DNA of 64,000 nucleotides from Candidatus Uhrbacteria bacterium (GTDB lineage Bacteria; Patescibacteriota; Patescibacteriia; UBA9934). Location: the NCBI GenBank assembly GCA_018673485.1, contig JABHCP010000002.1:1502-65501 (forward strand), given 5' to 3'. The translations under genes and the position numbers were made by a program. Shown one piece after another: positions 18,392 to 27,060 of this stretch (position 1 is the first letter of the stretch; each line of letters begins with the position of its first letter). Under the pieces are notes generated by a model that saw only the letters and a program-made list of their open reading frames with translations, was not told where the DNA came from and searched no databases.

Positions 18392-21274
18392 ATGACAGAC
18401 AAAAAGCGCGAAACTCATTCTCAAAAAGAGCACAAGATTGCTGATTATTGGGATAAAAACAAATGTTTTGAAAAGTCAGTAGAAAGTCGACCAGAAGGTA
18501 AGCCCTATGTTTTCTATGATGGCCCTCCTTTTGCAACCGGTCTTCCTCATTACGGCCATCTTGTAGGGTCGATAATGAAAGATGTCATTCCGCGTTATTG
18601 GACAATGAAAGGTTTTCGCGTAGAGCGCGTTTGGGGTTGGGACTGTCATGGGCTTCCGGTCGAGAATATTGTCGAGAAGCAACTTAAGCTTGGATCACGC
18701 CAAGATATTGAAAAGTTTGGTGTCGATAAGTTTAACGACAAGTGTCGTAATTGCGTTTTGACGTACGCAGAGGAATGGAAGAAGGTTATTCATCGATTAG
18801 GTCGTTGGATCGATATGGAGAATGCCTACAAGACGATGGATGTTGAGTACATGGAATCCATTTGGTGGGTGTTCAAATCGCTCTGGGACAAAGACATGAT
18901 CTATGAAGGGCGAAAGCCAATGCATATCTGCCCACGTTGCGAGACGGTGCTCTCAAACTTCGAGGTGACACAAGGTTATGAGGACGTAACCGACATTTCT
19001 GTAACTGTGAAGTTGAAACTGACTGATGGAAAGTATAAAGATGCATCACTTTTGGTTTGGACAACAACTCCATGGACTTTACCTGGAAATGTTTTGGCTG
19101 CTGTTGGGGCAGACGTTGATTATGTTGTAGTTCAAGTCGAAGATGAGAAGTTTATTATTGCTGAACCACTCGTGAAAGAGGTTTTGAAGGATGTTGAGTT
19201 TGAGCAGGTTGAAACATTGAAAGGTTCAGATCTTGTTGGCGCGACCTACGAACCAATTTTTCCTTTCTTTAAAGATCATGAAAATGCGTTTCGAGTTGTT
19301 GCGGCTGATTTTGTTACAACTGAGGACGGAACGGGGATCGTGCATATTGCACCTGGGTTTGGAGATGATGACATGCAACTTGGGCTTACGGAAAAGGTTG
19401 ATCCAATCATGCACGTCAATATGGATGGTACTTTTGTGCCTGAGGTTGCAGATCCGTTGCAGGAAGCTGGTTATGAAGTGAAGGATAGGCCAATGAAAGC
19501 AAAGGGCGACACCATGAGTGTTGATATTGAGGTTTTAAAATGGCTTGCACACAACGATAAGCTTTTCAAAAAGAAAAAAGTAGAGCACAGCTACCCGCAT
19601 TGTTGGCGTTGTGACACTCCGCTTTTGAATTACAGTACAAGTTCATGGTTTGTGCGTGTGACTGACATTAAGGAACAGTTAGTGCGAACAAATAAGGAGA
19701 TTAATTGGGTACCAGGGAACTTTAAAGAGGGGAGATTTGGAAAGTGGCTTGAGGGCGCTCGTGATTGGGCAATTTCTCGTTCACGATATTGGGGAACCCC
19801 GCTTCCAGTTTGGCGCGCAGAAGATGGCGAAACACTTTGCGTTGGCTCTAAGGCTGAGCTTGAGGAGCTCTCAGGTAAAAAAGTCGATGATCTGCATAAA
19901 CACATTGTTGATACGGTTGAGATTACGAAGGACGGAAAGGTTTACACGCGCATTCCTGAGGTATTAGACTGTTGGTTTGAATCTGGTTCAATGCCGTATG
20001 CACAATTGCATTATCCGTTTGAAAATAAGCAAAAATTTGAACAAGGGTTCCCGGCTGAGTTTATTGCCGAGGGGCAAGATCAAACGCGTGGTTGGTTTTA
20101 TACCTTGCACGTACTTTCAAATGCGCTTTTCAACATGCCTACATTTAAGAATGTGATTGTGAATGGAATTGTGCTGGCTGAGGACGGGAAGAAGATGTCT
20201 AAGCGTTTGCAGAACTATCCTGATCCAATGGAGGTGATGGATAAGTACGGGGCGGATGCTGTTCGATATTATTTGATGTCGACTCCTGTGGTGCGAGCCG
20301 AGAATTTACGGTTCAGTGAAGAGGGTGTGGTCGAGGTTTCTAAGAAGTTCATCAATATAATGAACAACGTGCTCTCATTTTATAAGTTGTATGCAAAAAA
20401 TGATGATGGACGAGCTCCATCGGGATTAAACGTGCTTGATAACTGGATACTTTCAAGATTGAATCAAACACTCAAAGAGCAAACCGAGGCATTGGACGGT
20501 TATGAACTTTCAATCGCAGCGCGCGTACTGCAGAGCTTTGTTACCGATCTTTCAACCTGGTACGTTCGGCGCTCAAGAGATCGATTTAAGGTTGAGGGTG
20601 AAGACCATGCCGAGGCGCTTGCTACATTGCGAGTGGTGCTCGAGACTTTCGCAAAGATGGTGGCCCCATTCATGCCTTACTTGGGCGAGGAGATTTATCA
20701 GGGAGTAACGGGAGAGTATAAAGATGAAGAGCGATTGAGTGTTCATCTGGAAGACTGGCCTCATATGGATTCGGTTGATGAGGATGTGCTCGAGAAGATG
20801 GGCCAAGCTCGCGCGATCGTTAGCCGAGTGCTTGAAGCTCGTGAAGAGGCAGGACGACCAATCAAGCAGGCATTGGGAGATATGACAGTTTGGACACCAT
20901 CTGGTGAGATCGTTGAAGATTATCAGGCCGTAATTTTGGGAGAGGTGAATGTGAAAGCTATGAAGGTTGAAAAGGGTGAGCTGAAGGTAGAGGTTGATAT
21001 GGAGCTAACGCCTGAGTTAATCCGCGAAGGAATGGCACGCGACATAACTCGTCGAGTGAACCAAATGCGCAAAGAGGCTGGTCTCACAATCAACGATCGG
21101 ATCGAGCTTAGAATGAGCTCAGAGTCCGATGAAGTTAAGAAGCTTTTCAAAGAGCACGCGGATACAATTAAAGATGGCACACTTGCAGATTCGATCGAGT
21201 TCACAAAAGACGAATCAGTAGAACGCAAGCAAGAAGTCCGAATCGCAGAACAAGAAGTTTGGTTGGGGTTCTAG
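18392..21274 (+). CDS. ileS: Isoleucine--tRNA ligase (type 2 / eukaryote-like)
   Basis: FYDGPPFATGLPHYGH, WTTTPWT, DWAISRSRYWG, KMSKR. Confidence 0.97.
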   Translation: MTDKKRETHSQKEHKIADYWDKNKCFEKSVESRPEGKPYVFYDGPPFATGLPHYGHLVGSIMKDVIPRYWTMKGFRVERVWGWDCHGLPVENIVEKQLKLGSRQDIEKFGVDKFNDKCRNCVLTYAEEWKKVIHRLGRWIDMENAYKTMDVEYMESIWWVFKSLWDKDMIYEGRKPMHICPRCETVLSNFEVTQGYEDVTDISVTVKLKLTDGKYKDASLLVWTTTPWTLPGNVLAAVGADVDYVVVQVEDEKFIIAEPLVKEVLKDVEFEQVETLKGSDLVGATYEPIFPFFKDHENAFRVVAADFVTTEDGTGIVHIAPGFGDDDMQLGLTEKVDPIMHVNMDGTFVPEVADPLQEAGYEVKDRPMKAKGDTMSVDIEVLKWLAHNDKLFKKKKVEHSYPHCWRCDTPLLNYSTSSWFVRVTDIKEQLVRTNKEINWVPGNFKEGRFGKWLEGARDWAISRSRYWGTPLPVWRAEDGETLCVGSKAELEELSGKKVDDLHKHIVDTVEITKDGKVYTRIPEVLDCWFESGSMPYAQLHYPFENKQKFEQGFPAEFIAEGQDQTRGWFYTLHVLSNALFNMPTFKNVIVNGIVLAEDGKKMSKRLQNYPDPMEVMDKYGADAVRYYLMSTPVVRAENLRFSEEGVVEVSKKFINIMNNVLSFYKLYAKNDDGRAPSGLNVLDNWILSRLNQTLKEQTEALDGYELSIAARVLQSFVTDLSTWYVRRSRDRFKVEGEDHAEALATLRVVLETFAKMVAPFMPYLGEEIYQGVTGEYKDEERLSVHLEDWPHMDSVDEDVLEKMGQARAIVSRVLEAREEAGRPIKQALGDMTVWTPSGEIVEDYQAVILGEVNVKAMKVEKGELKVEVDMELTPELIREGMARDITRRVNQMRKEAGLTINDRIELRMSSESDEVKKLFKEHADTIKDGTLADSIEFTKDESVERKQEVRIAEQEVWLGF

Positions 21275-21298
21275 GTTGAATTATCATTATTAGTTGTG

Positions 21299-21336
21299 AA
21301 AACGTATAATGTCCCGATCGGGACATTATACGTTTT
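21299..21336. repeat. Perfect 38-bp palindrome centred on CCGATCGG
   Basis: AAAACGTATAATGTCCCGA|TCGGGACATTATACGTTTT; related imperfect palindromes at 2852-2889 and 33721-33762. Confidence 0.85.
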
Positions 21337-21358
21337 GTGAAAGAGGTTTTATTTTATA

Positions 21359-21423
21359 AGCTTAGCCAAAACAGCTTAGCCATTTGGGCTAAGCCTGAAT
21401 GGCTAAGCTGTTTTGGCTAAGCT
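21359..21423. repeat. Long inverted repeat built from CTTAGC/GCTAAG units
   Basis: AGCTTAGCCAAAACAGCTTAGCCATT...AATGGCTAAGCTGTTTTGGCTAAGCT. Confidence 0.85.
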
Positions 21424-21448
21424 CAAATTTGTTGTAAAATACCCATAT

Positions 21449-22282
21449 ATGAATAATGAACATACAGTTTTAGTCTGCCCGCGTAATGATGAGGAGTCAT
21501 TGCAGATTATTAAGATTGCAAAAGAGTTGCGGATTCCGATGATTGTGTCAGAGCAGGGGCATGGGGCTGTGCTTGAGAATGAGAAGGATTTGATCGAGTC
21601 TATTAAGTTGGTTGATTCGGCTGCATCTGCGGTGGCGATTGTGGAGATACCGGGGGTTGAGGTTGAGCAGGAGCTTCAAAAGGCAGGTTTCGAGGTGCAT
21701 ATTATCGATCATCATCGGTATAACGATCTTGATCGGCTTAATGATCAGAGCTCGCTGGAGCAATTCCTTGATTTGTATGAGATTGATGATGATGAACTTA
21801 AAGACGCTGGGTTTGATTTGGTGTTGATAAGGGCGGTGGCTGCTGTTGATCGGGGATTTTTGTGGGAGTTGCAGAAGATTGGGCTTTCAGACGAGGATCA
21901 GAAGCGTGCCATTCAATATATTAAAGAACTCGCTTATGAATTGGGGCGCAAGGAGCGTAAGCAAGAGGAGAAGGCAGCGCGTAAGGCCTGGGAGGGTCGT
22001 CGCGAGCAGGGTGGATTTTTGATAATTGAAAGCGAGGATGATGACATGGATATTCGCGATGCAGTTTCGTATTTTATTTTTGATGAATACGGAAAGCCAA
22101 CGCCTGCGATCATCAAACAAGGTAATCGCAAGCTATATGTGCAGGAGACTGACAAGGCAAAAGATCTGATCGGAAAGTATAAGGGGTTTCTTTTTGGTGG
22201 TGGAGGTTGTTGGGGGATGCTATCTCCACGCGATGGGCGGTTAGCTGAGATTGATGAGTTGATTGAAATTTTGCATAAATAA
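21449..22282 (+). CDS. Hypothetical protein, DHH-like
   Basis: IIDHH motif and downstream AVDRG. Confidence 0.6.
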   Translation: MNNEHTVLVCPRNDEESLQIIKIAKELRIPMIVSEQGHGAVLENEKDLIESIKLVDSAASAVAIVEIPGVEVEQELQKAGFEVHIIDHHRYNDLDRLNDQSSLEQFLDLYEIDDDELKDAGFDLVLIRAVAAVDRGFLWELQKIGLSDEDQKRAIQYIKELAYELGRKERKQEEKAARKAWEGRREQGGFLIIESEDDDMDIRDAVSYFIFDEYGKPTPAIIKQGNRKLYVQETDKAKDLIGKYKGFLFGGGGCWGMLSPRDGRLAEIDELIEILHK

Positions 22283-22482
22283 ACCATCCAGAGGAGCCTA
22301 AAGGCGACGAAGGATCCCGTGCGTAGCCGATCTAACGTAGACGTAAACATCGGGACTCCTCGCAGGACCCTGAGTGGGTGGTAGAAGCAGGCCCCTAAGG
22401 GCTTGTTTTGTTTTGGGTAATTTGTTATTATTTTGCAGCTGCGTACATTCGGTGCGTACAAACTTCATCTTTTGAGGCTGCC

Positions 22483-22515
22483 ATGAGCGACAACTTCCTG
22501 ATCATCTTCATTTAG
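22483..22515 (+). CDS. Candidate mini-ORF / leader peptide MSDNFLIIFI
   Basis: GAGG SD, upstream TTGTTT-17-TATTAT, downstream hairpins and terminator-like stem 22571-22596. Confidence 0.45.
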   Translation: MSDNFLIIFI

Positions 22516-22741
22516 TCGCCCTCGCGCGACACACTTACGCAACACTGACCGTTTCTATATTGGTCAGTCTACGCCCGGTCTTCTTGATCTGGGCGTTTGT
22601 GGTTTTGCGAAATATAGAACCCAGACGAGATACTTAAGTCCCCCTCCTTTTTAAGGAGGGGTTAGGGGTGGTTATAAGATAGTTTCAATATCTGTGTTCT
22701 GTAGTCTGGGTTCTGTCTTCTGCATGTTGTATACTGTAATC

Positions 22742-23935
22742 ATGTTCGATAAAATCGAAAATAAGAAACGAAAGGAGACGTATCCATTTTTGGAATGGAT
22801 GGATCGTTTTGTGCTTACTGAGGAGAATTTGCGACAAGCAAGAGACGTTATGTATGAGCTTGAAGCTCAAGTGAGCGAGCTCTCACAGGTTCATAGGACT
22901 CCACAGTCAGCAAACCATCACGCAGAAGGTCCGATGATGACCAATCATATCGAGAATATGATTGCTGGTATTTTTGCGATTTGTGAAGGTAAGGTCTCAC
23001 TATCGCAAATTGAAGAATTTGCCCGCGAGAAGCATTTTAAAAATGAAATCGCAGAGTTGGAAGACGTAATTTGTGAAAATGCGGCAACGCTTAAGGCGTT
23101 TACGATGCTTCACGACATTGCCAAGTACGATACAATTTCGTTTAGCTCACCAGCGGGGTCAAAGGGTGCCGCTGAGGGTTTTTCCAAAGATTCACGACTG
23201 GATAAGAGCGCTTTAATCGATCGATATTTGAAATTGCTCAATGCATTTAAAGTTGATCTTCCTGATCTTGATTCTCGGCAAGTAGCGATAGACTTTTATA
23301 AAGAGTTTGAGATTAAGGTTCACTACAAGGGGCATGCAAAAGTTGCTGTATCGGATAAATATGAAGAAGTGCGCAATACCGTTGAAGATTTGTGTAGGTT
23401 AACTGCACGTGACCGCGAGATTTTAGCGCTTACAATCAAGTATCACATTGAGGTGATGGATTTTATTGGTGATAAACCTGATGGAGCTCGCTATTCATAT
23501 TTGCAACGCGTAGGGCAAAGGTCAGGAATCGATGGAAATGATTTATTAGATGTCCAAACCGCGGCCCTATTGCTCGATGCATTAATTGGAAGTATTGGAT
23601 ATCAGGATGGTGCGCTTGTGCCTGACATAGAGCTTGTATTGAACATGTTGCGTTCCGAGGAGCTTGCGGTTGTAGAGCGAAGACATGCGAGGGTCAAAAA
23701 GATCGAGAATAAAAAGCAAAGTGAGTTTAAGAAAATGTTAGAGAGCGTTGGGCTTGGCGGTGGTGATGTTTTTAAACTGTTAGATATTCCATTTGGCCCA
23801 GGGCGTGCTGGTATCATCGATAAGGTGCAAAATGCCGTCAAGACAGGTGATTTGTCTGAGCTGGGAGAGTATAAAGATAAGCTGTATTCCAAGGTTCAGC
23901 AGGCGCATTTGCTGTATGCCACCTCGATGGAGTAA
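22742..23935 (+). CDS. HD-domain protein with CCA-enzyme-like C-terminal tail
   Basis: HHAEG...H, LHDIAK, GHA, YH; C-terminal GGDVFKLLDIPFGP. Confidence 0.7.
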   Translation: MFDKIENKKRKETYPFLEWMDRFVLTEENLRQARDVMYELEAQVSELSQVHRTPQSANHHAEGPMMTNHIENMIAGIFAICEGKVSLSQIEEFAREKHFKNEIAELEDVICENAATLKAFTMLHDIAKYDTISFSSPAGSKGAAEGFSKDSRLDKSALIDRYLKLLNAFKVDLPDLDSRQVAIDFYKEFEIKVHYKGHAKVAVSDKYEEVRNTVEDLCRLTARDREILALTIKYHIEVMDFIGDKPDGARYSYLQRVGQRSGIDGNDLLDVQTAALLLDALIGSIGYQDGALVPDIELVLNMLRSEELAVVERRHARVKKIENKKQSEFKKMLESVGLGGGDVFKLLDIPFGPGRAGIIDKVQNAVKTGDLSELGEYKDKLYSKVQQAHLLYATSME

Positions 23936-23953
23936 GATGTCCTTACTTACCCT

Positions 23954-24081
23954 GTCATTCCCGACTCCGATCGGGAATCCATCGTTTATCAAATTCGACG
24001 AACTCACAGTAATGATGGGTCCCCCGCCTACCGGCAGGCAGGCTGCTTTCGACCCGTCTGACGGGTTTCGCAGGGATGACA
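23954..24081. repeat. REP-like element carrying two nested mini-insertions
   Basis: Aligns with 12311-12400 after removing 24025-24042 and 24052-24070. Confidence 0.75.
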
Positions 24082-24092
24082 CATGAACAATT

Positions 24093-24635
24093 ATGATTGC
24101 ATATTTAGAAGGAACAATCCGATCAGTGGCGCTCGACACGTGCGTTGTTTTTGTGAGTGGTGTTGGTTATAGAGTTTTTTATATGGGTTGTTCACCACAG
24201 ATTGGTGAGCTCGTGAGCTGGCATATTTATGATCATATTCGTGAAGATAGAAGAGAGTTGTTTGCTGCACCGGAGCTATCGATACTGGATTTATTTCAGA
24301 AGCTAATTGACATTAGCGGCGTTGGACCACGTTTAGCGCAGAAGATTCTTGTTTCGGCTAATCCTGAGCAGATTCAAGATAGGATCCTAAAGGAGGACCT
24401 AGCATTTCTTACAAGTATTTCAGGAGTCGGTAAGAAGACAGCTCAAAAGATCATTCTTGAGTTCAAGGGCGTTTTGGTAAAAGAAGATGCTGTTCATGAG
24501 GATGATACTAACGTGATCGAGGCGCTTGTTAGTTTGGGCTACGCTCGCCGTGAGGCAATCGAGATATCGCGACAAGTTGAGGGCGAGACAATCGAGGATA
24601 AGATACGCCACGCATTAAAGATGTTTTCAAATTAA
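24093..24635 (+). CDS. ruvA: Holliday junction branch migration protein RuvA
   Basis: MIAYLEG, GVGY, ISGVGPRLA, GVGKKTAQKI, ALVSLGY. Confidence 0.95.
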   Translation: MIAYLEGTIRSVALDTCVVFVSGVGYRVFYMGCSPQIGELVSWHIYDHIREDRRELFAAPELSILDLFQKLIDISGVGPRLAQKILVSANPEQIQDRILKEDLAFLTSISGVGKKTAQKIILEFKGVLVKEDAVHEDDTNVIEALVSLGYARREAIEISRQVEGETIEDKIRHALKMFSN

Positions 24636-24637
24636 TT

Positions 24638-25585
24638 ATGGATCGTAGAGCTTGGAACAAAGCAGTCGAGAATCACGCCCCGCGTTTTGGCGGATTTTTG
24701 CATTCCTGGCAATGGGGAGAGTTTCAGCGATCATTAGGACGCGTGGTTGAGCGTGTCCATCGAGAGGATGAACAGGGCGTAACATTAGCTCAAGCAGTTA
24801 AAATGCCATTGCCACTCGGACAGTATTATTGGTACATACCAAAGGGACCGATCGGATCAGCATCGGTTGATCATAAGATCGAGGTGCTACGTCAAGAACT
24901 TCCCGATGCGATGTTCTCACGGCTCGAACCAGTTGAGAATCCAGGTTTGCAAAAAGTTAATGACATGCAACCTTCGACGACTACCATTTTGGATTTAACA
25001 AAGGGGCGAGATGAGATTTTTAACAATCTCAAATCAAAAACTCGCTACAATATTCGTTTAGCAGAGCGCAAGGGTGTGGTTCCAAAGATTGTAAACATGC
25101 AGCGATTTGATGATTTTGTTAGATTACTTGAACAAACGACAACTCGTGATAAGTTCTCAGCACATCCAGAAGCTTATTATCGCGCAATGCTTGATGTGAT
25201 GAAGAATGATGGAGCTGAGGCTTATTTGGCAGTTGGTTTTTATGAGGAGCGTGTGATTTGCGCGAATATTATGATTGACTTTGCTGGCGTGCGAACATAC
25301 TTGCATGGCGCGTCGAGCAATTTGCATCGCAATGTTATGGCACCATATTTATTGCATTGGTATTTAATTGAGGATGCTATTCGACAGGGAATGCATACGT
25401 TTGATTTTTGGGGTATCGCGCCTGAAGGTTCTGGGCCAAAGCATCCATGGGCTGGGATTACTAGATACAAAAAAGGATTCAACGGTGAAATAGTCACGCA
25501 CCCCGGAACATTTGATTTGCAGATGAAGCACATGTGGTACGGAGCATATCGTGCCATGAGGGGTGTGAGAAGGTTTAAGATTTGA
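24638..25585 (+). CDS. FemAB/FemX-family aminoacyl-tRNA-dependent peptidoglycan bridge ligase
   Basis: FLHSWQWG, YIPKGP, KTRYNIR, YLHGAS, FDFWGI, YKKGF. Confidence 0.9.
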   Translation: MDRRAWNKAVENHAPRFGGFLHSWQWGEFQRSLGRVVERVHREDEQGVTLAQAVKMPLPLGQYYWYIPKGPIGSASVDHKIEVLRQELPDAMFSRLEPVENPGLQKVNDMQPSTTTILDLTKGRDEIFNNLKSKTRYNIRLAERKGVVPKIVNMQRFDDFVRLLEQTTTRDKFSAHPEAYYRAMLDVMKNDGAEAYLAVGFYEERVICANIMIDFAGVRTYLHGASSNLHRNVMAPYLLHWYLIEDAIRQGMHTFDFWGIAPEGSGPKHPWAGITRYKKGFNGEIVTHPGTFDLQMKHMWYGAYRAMRGVRRFKI

Positions 25586-25725
25586 TTCATTTGTCATCCA
25601 ATAGTTGTTATTCTGAGGTCGAAGACCAAAGAGTCCACTAGTAGATCCTTCGCAGAGCCTCAGGATGACAGAGGGGATAAATAAGACCTATAGGGCATGT
25701 AAGTTCTGTAGGTTTTTTTTGTTTG

Positions 25726-26117
25726 GAAAGTGCAGAACCCCGGCTACCACGTTCAGAAGTGTGGTAGTCGGGGTTCACGGGTGGGCCGTCGGAATCGAGT
25801 CCGTCGGTGTTGGCGATTTGGATCTTCTCGATGATCCTCCTCTTAGTTGTGGTTCATCGGGGGGGGTGACGGCGGAGACGATCGGCGCCGTCGGACTTTT
25901 GGGCCATAGAATACCTGTACCCAAGGCCTAGGCTGGCTTTTACCTTTTGCAAGGTGACCTGTTCCACGGGTCGGCTCCTAGCGTATGGAAGGACGTTTGG
26001 GTTCCTGTCCGGGGAGTCGCCTTTTTGGGGGCGGCTCGGGCGGTCACAGCCGAAGCTGAGCCATACGATCCTGCTGGAACGTCGATGTCTGAAGTCGCAC
26101 ATTCGCTCATCCAGAAC
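25726..26117 (-). ncRNA. Candidate structured ncRNA A (~390 nt)
   Basis: TTGACA-17-CATTAT promoter 26124-26152; cUUCGg and GCAA tetraloop hairpins; terminal hairpin 25735-25776; no convincing ORF. Confidence 0.5.
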
Positions 26118-26189
26118 TAAAGAATAATGCCATAATTTTGAGCTTTTGTCAAGCCTAAAGCACAAAAAGGCCTTGAAAGCCTTTTATTT

Positions 26190-26696
26190 ACAAAGAAAAC
26201 GTCCGGCACGCTTGGCGCCGGACAGTGTGGGGATAGAACCCACTCGGAGGATTGTGGTTTGGCTCTGCGCGCTGATGTTTCTCCTCGTGACTCGAGCATT
26301 CTATAGGGGTGGAGTTGTTAATTCCAGATTCCTCTAAAGAGCACTGTCATAGTCACATCAGCAGAGCCTAGTGATCGTCTCGACACCTCTGGGGTACGTT
26401 GGCCTCGGAGTCGGGGGTGTCCTCGCGGGCGGTGGCGACGGAGGTCGCCACCGGGGGGCCGTTGCAACGCTGCATCGGATCTCCGGTTGGGGGTTTTGAG
26501 GGTTCAGGGGTTTGGTGGCTCGGACGTTCGATGGTCCGGGCTAGGCACCCTGTCCTCTGGGCTGTCCGAAGCCTGGTGGCTCCGGGGCGGTCGGTTCTGT
26601 GGCAGCCGGGTAGGGCTACCAGGTCAACGCTCCTGCTGGGCAGGAGAGCGGATCGCGGTCAGGACGAGGTCAAGCCTGGTCGTGAAAGCGGTCGGC
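26190..26696 (-). ncRNA. Candidate structured ncRNA B (~500 nt, may contain a 35-aa sORF at 26368-26475)
   Basis: TTGACA-16-TATTCT promoter 26703-26730; many GC stems; terminator 26201-26223. Confidence 0.5.
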
Positions 26697-26744
26697 AGGA
26701 GTAGAATAGCAGATATGGGGGATGTGTCAAGGCCGAGATGAGCC

Positions 26745-26820
26745 AGGGGGCACTTCGTCCCCCTGTAACCCCCAGACATACTTTCTTTGTTGGCTCAAAG
26801 AAAGTATGCAAAGAAAAAGC
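26745..26820. repeat. Composite palindromic element (GGGGG-n-CCCCC plus TACTTTCTTTG-n-CAAAGAAAGTA)
   Basis: Two adjacent hairpins seen directly in the sequence. Confidence 0.6.
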
Positions 26821-27060
26821 CTTTTCAGAGTGTTCCACGGCCGTAAAGAATGATGCGGCCTGCAGTCAATGTTTTTGGGTGACTATGAGTGGACTGATTG
26901 CCAGTTCGGTCGGCAGGCTCCCTCTCAGACGGGGTTGTCTGACAATGGGTGAACGGGGGCTGGCTGCTGAAACATTGCCGGGGGACTGAGGTGAGATTGA
27001 AAATGCAAAAGAACCGAGCGGTACCCGGTTCTTCAGCATAGTTTTAGGTTTGTTTTTTTG

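Noticed and set aside
21934-22461. 175-aa minus-strand ORF
   Set aside because: Mostly antisense to the 21449 gene and runs through a palindromic repeat
25665-26989. ORF-track proteins 25665, 25854, 26117, 26146, 26399, 26487, 26738
   Set aside because: They overlap promoter boxes and hairpins, lack SD or recognisable motifs, and look like chance ORFs in GC-rich structured sequence
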